Source: Nemertoderma westbladi (Eukaryota > Animalia > Xenacoelomorpha). Taken from it: a stretch of DNA of 64,000 nt. Below the pieces are notes generated by a model that did no database searches, had not been told where the DNA came from, and saw only the letters and a list, made by a program, of their open reading frames with translations. Of the stretch, positions 22,036 to 33,258 are shown piece after piece (position 1 is the first letter of the stretch; each line of letters begins with the position of its first letter). The stretch lies in assembly GCA_032718475.1 (NCBI GenBank), contig JAUCBJ010008016.1:29829-93828 (forward strand), given 5' to 3'. The position numbers were made by a program, and so were the translations under genes.

Positions 22036-24741
22036 TTATGTTATGGAGTCCCTAGATATTTGTCGGATTAGGGAAGTGGTCGTAGGAAGAGTATCTTGCC
22101 TTCCATAGTTTCCGGACAGTTTTTGGTCTCTTTCCAGTAAACATAAACGACCAGCTGGGTGATTGGGTTGTCGTGTTACTTTCTCCGCTCCCTTGGCCTG
22201 TCTAATCTCAGCCGAGTTAAGGTGGGGAGGCCATTCATCTTCTTCTTTACTTAGGGAGTCGGGTCCACCTAACCAGCCGGGAGTATCTATCCGTTCTTGA
22301 GGAGTCGCTCCTCTGGAAGCGATGTCGGCTAGATTAATCATCTCGGGGCGATGTCTCCATTGATCTTCATTGGAGTTAATATCGTCATTATCTGAGGAGT
22401 ATGGTGTTCCCTCAGTTAGTTCGTCCACTTCACTGCTCTCCACTTCCCAACCATTTATCTTGCATATTCTTTCTGGTGGTAGTCTCTCTTCGAGAGTTCT
22501 GCGGGAAGGGCCAGTAAAGTACCAACCTACTCTAGTTCTTACCGCATAGGTTTGTAGTGGCTGCGGTTGAGCAGGTCGTTTTTCCAATGTCTCGAGCGCC
22601 TCGTGCGCGTTTTGGCCGATAAGTATTTGCACTCCAGGATAATCCGTCTGGAATCGAGGTATTTTAAGTTGTTGGATGCTCTTGTCCTCGTTCCAGTTAT
22701 AAGGCTCTACTTGGGTATTAGCGAAGTTCTTTATAGCTACCATTTTTACTGACCTTATACTTTGTTCTCCTAATTTATCCTGTGGGGTGGACAACGCACC
22801 TACATAGTAATCTGCCGTTATGGTAGATTTCCAAACCTGTATAACTCCTGACATATTTAACTTAGTTCGGAATTTGGGTTGTCCAGCAAAGATGTCTTCG
22901 GCTAGTTCTTGATCGATGAATGTTCCTGTACTGCCGGAGTCAAGGAGGGCATTCACTATGTAACTTTTGTTAGGACCCTGAACTCTTACCTGCACTACAG
23001 GAAATTCTCTGATTCCTACGTTGGAAGTTGAAGGTTTCCAGGATGGTTGTCTGTCAAAGTTAGTTGGGGAGAACTCATTGTCGGTGTCCTTTTCGTAAGT
23101 AAGTGCTCGATACACTGCGGTATTTATTAGGTAACAGGATTCGTTGGCGTCGGAGAATTCGTCCGTATAGAATCCTTCCCACTCAGAACTTTGGTCAGTG
23201 TCGTTCACATCACTGAATTGGACATGTGATTTGGGCTCACTTACCTGACTCGGGCTGTTTCGTTCGAATTCACTTTGTAACAAGATGTGATGTTTCGCAC
23301 CGCACTTTGCACACTTTATGTCGGAGTAACAGGTTCGCCGCTGGTGTCCGCGTCTGAGGCAATTATAGCATAACCGCTTGTCCCACACAACTGTACGTCT
23401 GTCTACAAGGGATTTCTTTAGGAATTCCGCACACGCACTCAAACGGTGGGGCCCGTCGCACAGCGCACAGTTGGGTTTAATGTTACTCACCTTATTTTGG
23501 GTGACGTTATGCACTCTAGTTCTTTCTTCAGGCTTTCTTCCATGTACTCTGTTAGGAAACTGAAGAGGAGTCTTAGCAACCTGTTCTCTCCTGTCATGGG
23601 TTCGAGCTTTAGATTTACTTACGTCCTTTGAGGTCTTGTTAACATAGTAAAATTTCTCGGTGTCTTTCCCGCTGTCTTCTTCTTGAGAAGCTTGGCTTTC
23701 GCCGTCATCAGTATAACACACCGGTGTTACTCTTCTCCTAGAAACGGGTTTCTCACTTACCTTATTTTCCGGTGTTTTCTCTTTGGATTGCTTTAGGAGT
23801 TGTAATTTCACTTCGCCATCCAAGAATGACATGAGATCAGCCATGGTAGGGTCTCGTTGTTGTTGTTCCATCGTATATAACACCTTCTTGTCCCAGCGTG
23901 TACCTACTCCACCCTTGGGCAAAGTAGATGCTAAGGCTCCTACAACCATAGAATTCTGGTATTCATGAGACTTACCTAACCAATCTAGTTGTCTACAGAT
24001 CTCCTGAATCTCATCGGAAAACTCTATAATCCCGCTGCTAAGAAACTTTCGGGGGGCCATTAATTTCGCATATAAATACCTAGCTATGTTATTCCTATTA
24101 CCATACCTGATGTTTAGTGTATCCCAAACTTGTCTTAATCCATCTGGATGTCCAATAAATTTTAACGCCATTGACTTGGGAGGTCCTTCCAAGCACTCGA
24201 TGAGGAATCTAAGTTTCTCTCCGTTGGATAACACAGAGTTCTGTATGTTATCTTTATAATATTCATTAAAAGGTAACCATTTCATCTCATCTCCATTGAA
24301 CTTGACTATCTCTCCAACCTTTACCGCTTGACGGGCTTCGGTTCTAGCCATTTGACGCGTAAAACTTTCTTGGGCCATCGTGTTATTGAATATCGAGTTA
24401 TCGGTATATAAATTTCTCGGATTATTATCAGGTCTATTGGGAATGTCATTAACAACAGGCGTAAAATCACCCTTAATAGGGTTTGCTATAGGAGTTTCTA
24501 CTTCACTAGCATTATAGATGCGTGTAGGCTCCACACCTTGCGCATGTAATACTTCAGACCTAACAGGCTGACACACTGTTACAGGGGTTATTGGTATTCC
24601 CTTTTGTAGGTTGACTAATTTGTCGCATTCTAGTGCGATACTTTGCTGCACTTTTTGCAACTCTAACCTACTTTCCCTTACTGTTCCCTTGAGCTGCTGA
24701 ACAGTCTCTTCCATTTCCCTGACCTGCTGAGAGGAGCACAA
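22036..24741 (-). CDS. gag: BEL/Pao Gag-protease ORF ending in short in-frame RNase H and integrase remnants
   Basis: BEL gag core FNGDEMKWLPF...EKLRFL, knuckles CALCDGPHRLSAC, CYNCLRRGHQRRTC and CAKCGAKHH, protease ALLDSGS, then WRH...NLADIASRGATP and RLCLLE. Confidence 0.9.
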   Translation of the reverse strand: MCSSQQVREMEETVQQLKGTVRESRLELQKVQQSIALECDKLVNLQKGIPITPVTVCQPVRSEVLHAQGVEPTRIYNASEVETPIANPIKGDFTPVVNDIPNRPDNNPRNLYTDNSIFNNTMAQESFTRQMARTEARQAVKVGEIVKFNGDEMKWLPFNEYYKDNIQNSVLSNGEKLRFLIECLEGPPKSMALKFIGHPDGLRQVWDTLNIRYGNRNNIARYLYAKLMAPRKFLSSGIIEFSDEIQEICRQLDWLGKSHEYQNSMVVGALASTLPKGGVGTRWDKKVLYTMEQQQRDPTMADLMSFLDGEVKLQLLKQSKEKTPENKVSEKPVSRRRVTPVCYTDDGESQASQEEDSGKDTEKFYYVNKTSKDVSKSKARTHDRREQVAKTPLQFPNRVHGRKPEERTRVHNVTQNKVSNIKPNCALCDGPHRLSACAEFLKKSLVDRRTVVWDKRLCYNCLRRGHQRRTCYSDIKCAKCGAKHHILLQSEFERNSPSQVSEPKSHVQFSDVNDTDQSSEWEGFYTDEFSDANESCYLINTAVYRALTYEKDTDNEFSPTNFDRQPSWKPSTSNVGIREFPVVQVRVQGPNKSYIVNALLDSGSTGTFIDQELAEDIFAGQPKFRTKLNMSGVIQVWKSTITADYYVGALSTPQDKLGEQSIRSVKMVAIKNFANTQVEPYNWNEDKSIQQLKIPRFQTDYPGVQILIGQNAHEALETLEKRPAQPQPLQTYAVRTRVGWYFTGPSRRTLEERLPPERICKINGWEVESSEVDELTEGTPYSSDNDDINSNEDQWRHRPEMINLADIASRGATPQERIDTPGWLGGPDSLSKEEDEWPPHLNSAEIRQAKGAEKVTRQPNHPAGRLCLLERDQKLSGNYGRQDTLPTTTSLIRQISRDSIT

Positions 24742-24752
24742 ACAGTGTTCCC

Positions 24753-25169
24753 TCAGCTCATCTCCCGTCGTCCCTCAGCTACCCACTCAACCGCCGAAGC
24801 GGGAGTCGCCAACGTAGTAGCGGGCGAGCGAGAGACGACGGGCGATAAATTCTTGATACCTCGCTCGGCGTCCAGGACGGGTTCGGACTCGGGAACAGTC
24901 CTACTGGGCACAGGTAGTCTTCTGGTTTGTTTCTTCAAGTACTCTTGTTTCGCCTGAAGGTTTTCCAGCTCTAGTTGGATAGTCGCTTCAGACGTCTTCC
25001 GTTCTGCTTCTGCCACTGCCTCTGCCGCTTTTCTTTCTGCTTCTGTTGCTGCTACTTTTCTTTCCGCTTCTTTTCTGTCTTCTCTCCTTTCAAGACACTG
25101 TCCAAGTCGACGACTCATTCTAAAACCCTCTAAGAGACTATCTGACAATGTTTGTGTTGTGTCAGACAT
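24753..25169 (-). CDS. Probable Gag N-terminal coiled-coil segment, separated from the main ORF by a 1-nt frameshift
   Basis: ATG start and E/R/A-rich helix. The downstream frame is open from ~24774 and overlaps this ORF's end. Confidence 0.65.
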   Translation of the reverse strand: MSDTTQTLSDSLLEGFRMSRRLGQCLERREDRKEAERKVAATEAERKAAEAVAEAERKTSEATIQLELENLQAKQEYLKKQTRRLPVPSRTVPESEPVLDAERGIKNLSPVVSRSPATTLATPASAVEWVAEGRREMS

Positions 25170-26540
25170 TTCGCTTTATACAGTTGGATGCCTACTGCTA
25201 TATATACAGTTAAAGCAAGTCTAGTAATTCAGTATCACTGCTAGCCTAATAATTAATTACCGATACTGCTACTCAATGTAGCGTGATATATATATATAAT
25301 ATATTAGAATACCGGTATGCTTATAGTATATATAAGTATTATTACAGACTAGATTTGTCACAGAGTACCGGTATATAAATTTAGCACAAATATATATATA
25401 AATATATAATAGGCCTATCGTGGATACCAGTATACAGCTTACACTTATAATATATATAAAGTATAATTATGAACTAAAATTAATTACAGAGTACCGGTAT
25501 GATTTCAGCTCAAATTTATAGAAATAAATATAATAAGCCTATGGTAAGTACCGGTATGTCAATTATTTTTAGAATAATTGAATTCCTGAATATTTTAGGG
25601 TTACTTAGTTACTTTAACTTACTTTGTTACCGTTATTTAAGCAGTAGTCCAACTGATATTGAGACCTAGTTGTTGTATGGCAGGCCTACTATTTATAAAT
25701 CGTTTGAGTTGATTTATAATAGATATATACCCGTTTAAAAGGGGTTTTGTTAATATTTGAAATAAATGTTATTATTTCTGGGGGAGTCACTACACAGAAG
25801 CTGTGCGCTCTCCGTGAAGTGCTATTTATTGGACACTAAAACTGATAATTCTACTTCCTAAGTTACTTATCTACAAATTACTTACGATACGGGTGAGATT
25901 AAATCTCTAGTTAAACACAACAAAAATATTACGTACGAATTTTTAGGGTAATTTTACAGGAAGTCTACAAACCAGCCTAACAAAGGGTTAGATTTCTGGT
26001 TATTACAACGGACAGGGTACTACAGTATTTGAAATAATAAGTAGTAGTAAATATATTGTACTGTCCAGATAGGAAAATACCACCGCCTGACGACCTATAA
26101 CCGTATCGCTATAGGTACTACGTTATGTATCACGGATTGTTCCTACCCAGAAGCTAATAGAGCTAACGAATGTGCCTATCAACCACTTTACAACACAAAT
26201 ACACTGCCTACACTAATTACTTCGGAAAGCACTGTACACTAAACCCTAAATTAGGTACAAGTACCGGTATAACAAATAATCAGTAGTTAAATATACTTGA
26301 ACAGTTAAAAGAACCACGGCATCTGCTGGAGTGACCGAAGCACAAAATCTCCAGTCTTTACCTACGCCGAGCAGCCCTGATGTAGTACCGGGGTTAGTTT
26401 AACTATAACGGTATGTATAACAAGCACAATTACTGTAGGAATAAACTTGGGGACATGAATGTTGCGAATAATCGCATAAACTCTGAATAATAAATATTAC
26501 GCTACCCGTACAGAATACTCAAACAAATACAAACCAAACG

Positions 26541-27002
26541 CTGGCAGACTACTATTAAGCCTAAACAAACTACAGTATGTGCAGATTCTGAAACTGTTAG
26601 TTAGTATGCGTTCTAACACGGTAGTACGACTTACTCTTTAAGAGGGGATTGACCTTACCGCATATGGCTGCCCCAACTTACTAACGGCACTTTATCAGAC
26701 CAACTCTACACACGCAGCAATCCCTTCAGACCTAAAAATAGCTAGACAACAATCCAGCCTACAAATATTTGAGTAATAACTATTACGGTACCTGAACAGA
26801 CCACACAAACAAACACAGGCCAAAACACTGGCAGACTACGATCAAGCCTAAATAAACTACAGTATATGCAGACTCTGAAACTGTTAGTTAGTATGCGTTC
26901 TAACACGGTAGTACGACTTATTCTTTAAGAGGGGATTGACCTTACCGCATATGGCTGCCCCAACTTACTAACGGCACTTTATCAGACAAACTCTACACAC
27001 GC
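26541..27002. repeat. ~175-bp direct repeat in the element 2 leader (26541-26715, 26828-27002)
   Basis: ctggcagactac...ctgaaactgttagttagtatgcgttctaacacgg...aactctacacacgc occurs twice. Confidence 0.85.
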
Positions 27003-27355
27003 CGTAATCTCTCCAAACTCAACAACAGTCAGACAGCAGCTCAGCCTACAATTATCTGAATAATCTGAGCAGGGTCACACGCCTTCTGCTCAATATTAGC
27101 CTACTAGTAAATAAAACCGACAGAAATAAGTAGAATCTCAAATAAAAATCAGGGCGGCCGTTCCCTGATTAAGTACCAAGACCTACCGGTATACAACAAT
27201 CAAAATCGAATAATACTAATGTACTTGTACAGCAGTACCGGTACCGGTGATGACAGTTAGGCCTACTGACCTACAGAAGCACCGGTTCAGTTTTACCAGT
27301 CACTACGGTATTTTGCAACCTTATTGCCTACTGCAATAAGATTATAAACTGTTAC

Positions 27356-28536
27356 TGTTCGCGCTTTTGAAGACCTTTAGCAGTTTAACCTGCCAAAATT
27401 TATATGTCTTTTAGTTAATTAACACACCTTTAGCATACGACAATATTTTATGCTAATAAACAAAACATTAGCCGAAGCCAGCCCATGCGCGATCATTCAC
27501 CCGATGGATCTACACCCGGGAGGCTGAATTCGGATGCTTAGATTTTATTATTGCAGTGTAAGGTTGCAGTGTAAGCCTACTGTATTATTCGATTGATCGC
27601 TAATATGTAATTTCTGACAGATATTATTAACTTTCGGGAAATATTAACAGTTCCTTTAGGACGTGGCGCTCTATCTATTTAAACAGAGCTAGGACTTATA
27701 CTAAACGCAACGATAAGGCTTATGATTAAAGTATAAGTCGCATTCTTTAGGAAATGCTTTGTTACCAGTCACATCACACTCACAATCATGCACACTATTC
27801 TGCCGACCGTCAGTATATTTGATCACACATAAAGAGAACAGCAATTGACTCAGGTAGTGTCTACTAAATAACATTAGATTCAATACACACCACATTGATA
27901 TAAATCGCAATTGTTATATATAGCCGGTCTCTCTAACCTGTAGTGTATCAAGAAATTGGGAAATTTGGGTGATTTATCAATATTCTCCAAATGACAATAT
28001 TTCATCAACAAATCGATACAATTAATAACTGACGGTAAATAGCAGTACAAACAATATGATTAGTGCAATTAAATTAAGTGAGGTAACACTGCCGGTAACA
28101 GTTATACTTTCTATAATCTAAGCAGTTTTACTAGAGTTGTTCCAAAAGCCGGTGTTATGGCGAAAATGGGAACACAACAACAGAAACATGTGACTACTGC
28201 TCTATATGAAGATACCAAAAACTCTTATTCCACGAAGCCCCGTTCAACACAGAGGATGAGCATAGAGATAGGAAATTCAGTTCAGTAGCGCTGGGATAGG
28301 TCGAAATCAACGCCCACGCAAATTCTATTGGCCGACACGGGCAGCAAGGCTAAGGCAACCTCTCTAAGCTAGTTGGCCGATTAAACTGAGCCCAGATATC
28401 TCCGTATAGCACATCAGCCAATAAGCTGGTAGCTTGCACTATTTTAGTTATAAATCCCTTTGAGAGTATTCTAGCGACTGGGGGGGAACTGGCCAGCAAA
28501 GGCAAACGTATCAGTTATCCCACAAAAGCTTTTACA
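27356..28536 (-). repeat. 5' LTR of element 2
   Basis: Same sequence and length as 17705-18885; lies upstream of gag. Confidence 0.95.
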
Positions 28537-29057
28537 ATTTGAGACATAAATGAGATCGGACCATATTTATATCATCTTGTACTCCATGATAATAAAAATG
28601 TGAAAAAATTATGTATATACAACGATATGATCTTCTGTAACATTATTTACACATAATTTAATAAATTTAATAAATGCCGCACTTTAATATCCAATGTTGA
28701 CCTTGATACTAAAAGTAACTCAATTTAAATAAAATTTTATGTGAGAATCCGTCATAATGCCACGGAGACAGAATTATTATTGAAAAAAACAGAAACATAT
28801 TAACCGAATATTATGCAGCTTTAAGAATAATTAATGAAATTCTCCGTCTACAATAAATGCCGAATAATTAAATTAGCAACATAAATTTCAGAAAAATAAC
28901 TATAGGAATTTATATAATATATATAAATCTTTCACTCAACAAATTATTAAACAATTTTAATTAATATGGCACCTTTATAGCTGGAAATGGGATAATTAAA
29001 TTCTGGAATAAATACAAGATTAAGCAAGCGAAAGTGAAGTAAATAGACTTGTGCGGT

Positions 29058-29668
29058 TCATTTATTATCAACAATAAAGCCATCGACGTACTTCCGAATC
29101 GGAGCTAATTTCCGACGCAATTCGCCTCCGACGCTATCCGATCTCATATAGTCAACCGGCGGTTTCTGCGAAGGTTTGGCTACTTCGTCTGCTGACTGCA
29201 CTGTTGGTTCAGTATGATCAGTAACAGGCGGTGTTGGTGAGTGTCGTGTATCTGATTGGTCTGAAGATATCCTCGGCGGTTGTCCGTTCTCTGATTGGTT
29301 ATCAGATACACTAGGTTGTGGTCCGTTCTCTGATTGGTTATCAGATACACTAGGTTGTGGTCCGTTCTCTGATTGGTTATCAGATACACTAGGTTGTGGT
29401 CCGTTCTCTGATTGGTTATCAGATACACTAGGTTGTGGTCCGTTCTCTGATTGGTTATCAGATACACTAGGTTGTGGTCCGTTCTCTGATTGGTTATCAG
29501 AGACTAGAGGCTTGTCATCCACATCTGATTGGTCGACAGATTGACTTGCTTGGTCCATTTCTCGGGATGGTTCAACGTTTTGTTTCTCAGTTTCTTTCAC
29601 TACCGGTTTCTCAGACACTGGAATAACTATGTTCTCGGGAATTTGTGATGGTGGTTGTTGCTCAGCAA
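29058..29668 (-). CDS. Putative terminal exon of the adhesion GPCR C-tail chain (low complexity)
   Basis: Acceptor ttttcag, phase 1 matching the previous exon. Encodes VAEQQPP...FIVDNK*. Lies downstream of the in-frame TGA at 31604-31606. Confidence 0.6.
29282..29502 (-). repeat. Coding minisatellite, 39-bp unit (PSVSDNQSENGPQ), ~5.5 copies
   Basis: Exact tandem units ccgttctctgattggttatcagatacactaggttgtggt. Confidence 0.92.
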
Positions 29669-29923
29669 CTGAAAATGACAAGAAAATACAAAAAACAATC
29701 TGTTTAGTGTACACAATAACGCAGACTGTATAAATGTTGTTTCTACCACAATATACATGTACAATGTTACAATGTATGTAAGTACAACTAACCAACCAAC
29801 CAAACAAACAAATAATAGTATCTTACACTAATTCCAGGGTCAATTTGTAGGGTTACTATTACTGTGTTCACCTAATATCGGTTCAGTAATCTTGGCCTAC
29901 ATACAGGTAGGCACGCGACATAC

Positions 29924-30086
29924 CGAATACAGAATCCTCTATATTTTCCACAACCCTATCCGAGTGATATCTCCGAGGTTCTTCAACTTTAATTGGCTCA
30001 ATGATTTCTATATCGATAACTTTATCGCCAGATTTCGAATGCTTTCGGTGGGCTCTTAGTAACTCATCTAAAAGATTAATTGTGTT
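29924..30086 (-). CDS. Putative C-tail exon (163 bp, phase 0 to 1)
   Basis: ttcatag|AAC...TTCG|gtatgt. Open frame NTINLLDELLRAHRK...IEDSVF, with phases matching both neighbours. Confidence 0.6.
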
Positions 30087-30431
30087 CTATGAATACAAAC
30101 ACGACATATAACGACGATAGAGTAGTTTTTTGAGTTTAGATGCGGGTTCTATTAGACAGTGTAACACCGTTTATTATTTCAGTGAAGTCCAAATAATGAT
30201 AATAATTTAGCGAAAATTATTCAAGATAAGTTAGTTTAAATAGAAAATGGCAGTTAAGCTGTGAGGAGGCCTACCATTAAGCCCGAACCCTAAATGCTCA
30301 GTTAGTCTTTAAATTTAGTATCAATGATTTACAATATATTTATAATTAAACTAAATGTTTCAAATCGCCAAAAACAATAGAAAAAACAATTCAGTTAATA
30401 AGACCTTACTGTAGTAATCCTACTGTAAAAG

Positions 30432-30500
30432 TTGCCATGTTTGTTAGAGCGCCTGTCTTCCAATCGGAATGCCGTGGGTTCGAGCCCCAGATAAGGAACA
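30432..30500 (+). mobile_element. Degenerate tRNA-derived SINE-like head
   Basis: gttagagcg...gggttcgagcccc (B-box-like); no clean cloverleaf. Confidence 0.45.
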
Positions 30501-31493
30501 GTTTCCTCCCTCTCCTGTCACATCTGTCGATAACTTTAGTTTACTCTCTACTGTAGCCGAACAGTGAGGATTACGATAGTTATCGTAAAAGTGAGGAGAT
30601 TTAAGGCGAGGGTGAGACTAGAGACGCAGATTGTATGAATATTATAGCGGAACGTGCAAAAGGTGGAACTAAAAGCAGGCGTGAAACAGCAATAATTCTA
30701 AAACGCTCGGATTAGGCGTTTCCATGGCTACCACATTAGATGGGCAATTAATAAATACCCTAGCTTTGTTGTAAATATGGAAATTTGAAGATAAATATTT
30801 ATTCACCAGTAAATATTCAAATTATGAAATCTTTACAACTTCATCTAAAGTTTTCTGATTAGAACTTCTCATACCCAGTGATGCAGGTGTTAAAAAAAGT
30901 GGTAGTTCTGGGAGATTTAATCACTGCAAGTGTTGGCGGGTTACAACAGTAGTTACTCTCTATTTTAAAGAAAGTGGACATACAGATAGCGTCTTAGAGA
31001 AGTGGTACTTTATGCATATTGTATTCAACCGGTTTTCGGTAGACCGACAAAAATAAGAAACACAACAAGGAAGGCAACACCATACCCCACCCGCCCCGCA
31101 ACTAACATCCGCACAAATACGAAACACCATTTTCATTTGATAACATTGTTTCTATGATTTTTGATCTCTCCCACTCCCACCACCAGTGATGCACCCATGC
31201 TACAGTACCTACCTGTTGTAGGCGGGGGTTGGTTGCTTGACCCAGAAACGATGTAGTAAATGGCTGCTTGATTCCCAGTGATTTACATACCCGTGATAGT
31301 TTATTTAATGCGACCGTGTTTGGATGTGTTTTCAAATCGATGCGAAACAGATTGTTTTTGTATTTATTATATCTCGTCTCGTCGAAATATCAATGTTAAT
31401 TACCAATTAAGGTAATTACGTTACAGAGTCACGTAATTCTAACCAAAACAATAAACGAAAGATACAGTTTCATATTTGTAATTCGGAATCGTT

Positions 31494-31553
31494 CGGGTCG
31501 GAATTATCCGGGTCGGAATTGTCCGGGTCGGAATTGTCCGGGTCGGAATTGTC
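31494..31553. repeat. 15-bp tandem repeat (ccgggtcggaattgt) x ~4
   Basis: Seen directly; resembles MITE subterminal repeats. Confidence 0.8.
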
Positions 31554-31573
31554 TGTACACATTTTACCTTTAC

Positions 31574-31659
31574 CTTTATATCAGCTGACATTTGTTCCGC
31601 CCCTCAACTGAGCTCAGACTGAGGTTTTATTAAACCGTCTGCAGTTACCCAGTCTGCCG
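31574..31659 (-). CDS. Adhesion GPCR C-tail exon (86 bp, phase 1 to 0) containing an in-frame TGA at 31604-31606
   Basis: ctaatcacttttactccctag acceptor and AAG|gtaaag donor. Reads AADWVTADGLIKPQSELS*GAEQMSADIK. Confidence 0.6.
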
Positions 31660-32514
31660 CTAGGGAGTAAAAGTGATTAGGAGAAATCTGCTTATATTTT
31701 GCTTATAATTTTTTCGAGTTGACAATTAACATTAATTTATTTCACGTGCCTCGCGAAGGTACTTCGAGCTGTTAATGCACAATTTATATTATATTTTCCG
31801 GACCACGAAATGAGAAAGATTTACCTAAAACGTTCAGCAAAGGTTTATTGTGAGTAGCGGGAACTGCTATATAATACAATGGAGTAACATAATAAAACGA
31901 GATGTTTTGAACTGATTGCATATTATATAGTTAATATTATATATACCGGCATTAAGTTGTATAAATAATTACGTCAAAATTAGTTTAACGAATAAATTAT
32001 AATTAAAATATTAACAAAAAAATACGATGTAACATTTTATAACTCAAACAATAACGGATCGATTTTCTACCTTTTTCAGACAAGAAACTGTCCCAAAAAA
32101 ACGTTCAATAAAAACGGAGTAAAAATAATTGAATGATATAACGTTATCTGTATGAAATAAGTTGATTCCAGAAGAAATCGTAACTTCGCTATTTAACAGT
32201 TTGAAATTGTATTTTGTTCTACAAACTTTTTATTTTGAAGAGATAAATGTTAATATTCAATCGGTATTAATTGGCTCAGGTAATATGTGGGACGTTATTT
32301 GGGTCAGTTTACCCGTCTGAAAAAAAGAAGAAAAAACGTCTCAAAAAAACCTCCAAATAAAAACTGGCGACTTTCGCTAAGCCGTTTTCAACAAAACCAA
32401 TTAGTAATAAATCTTAAAGATTAATGTTAAGCAACTACAAATTTACTAACAAAACACAAAAAGTAAACAATTAAGTATTAGTTGTTTCCAGTAGTAGATC
32501 ATGTTTATTTCTAC

Positions 32515-32782
32515 CTGAACTATCAGCTAATTCGTCAATATCTAACTGCTGTTTGACCCCAGTGGTTGCGATAACAGCTGGTTGGATCTCTATCAACGGC
32601 TTGATTGAGTTCGAATCACCGGCAGCGTTCATTGGAGGAGTCGGGGATCTCGTATTCAACTCGATCTTGTGATTGGACCAATTACTTTTACTGTATTTCT
32701 TCGTCATCGAATCGGGATTGGATGAAGACGACGGGAATGCCGAACTCTTCCGAGCCGTGGTAGACAACGTCGGGGGATCGGC
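32515..32782 (-). CDS. Adhesion GPCR C-tail exon (268 bp, phase 0 to 1)
   Basis: aatag|GCC...TCAG|gtaga. Ser/Thr/Pro-rich open frame in phase with the TM7 exon. Confidence 0.72.
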
Positions 32783-33258
32783 CTATTCGAATCAATTAAA
32801 CTTTAATTAAATTAAAAACATTTAAAAAATCTAATGAAATAAACTTTTATCTTAATCCCGGTTCACATATTTACATTCGCAGTGACAGCACGGCGGATTT
32901 TCGTCACGTTTTGACTTCTCTTTAACAGCGCCCTCCGTGTTTTCGGAGCGCTGTAACCCAAACCCTATGTAATAGGTCACCATTGCGCTCTCACAAAGCT
33001 GCCATGCGGTATTGTCACACAGCAAAGTGTATCTGTTAGCCGAACTTTGGTTCTGGCCTACTCCTATGTGACAATCATACAGTAAGCAGGGAGGAGTTTA
33101 TTAGCATGTAAATCAGCCCAGTAATTGATTCCAGCAGACTGAGGCGAGTCTTGCTGTGTCTCCTTTCTGTTTATGATGCGAACAGGTATTCGTTGGATTG
33201 ATGAGCATTAAAGACTCTCCCATTCAAAATTATAATTTGTTCCATATTTCTAATCAGC

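Larger units (their letters stand above)
17705..28536 (-). mobile_element. Complete non-autonomous BEL/Pao LTR element (element 2), 10.8 kb
   Basis: Two 1181-bp TG...CA LTRs. 5-bp TSD ATTTG at 17700-17704 and 28537-28541. BEL-type gag-protease on the minus strand. Purine-rich gggagcgg abuts the 3' LTR on the minus strand. Confidence 0.95.

Noticed and set aside
24741-24780. Programmed -1 frameshift within gag
   Set aside because: There is no X XXY YYZ slippery heptamer in the overlap; a 1-nt deletion is the simpler explanation.
26400-26412. taactataacggt matching part of an LSU rRNA/I-CeuI site
   Set aside because: Only 13 nt match, with no flanking rRNA similarity; likely chance.
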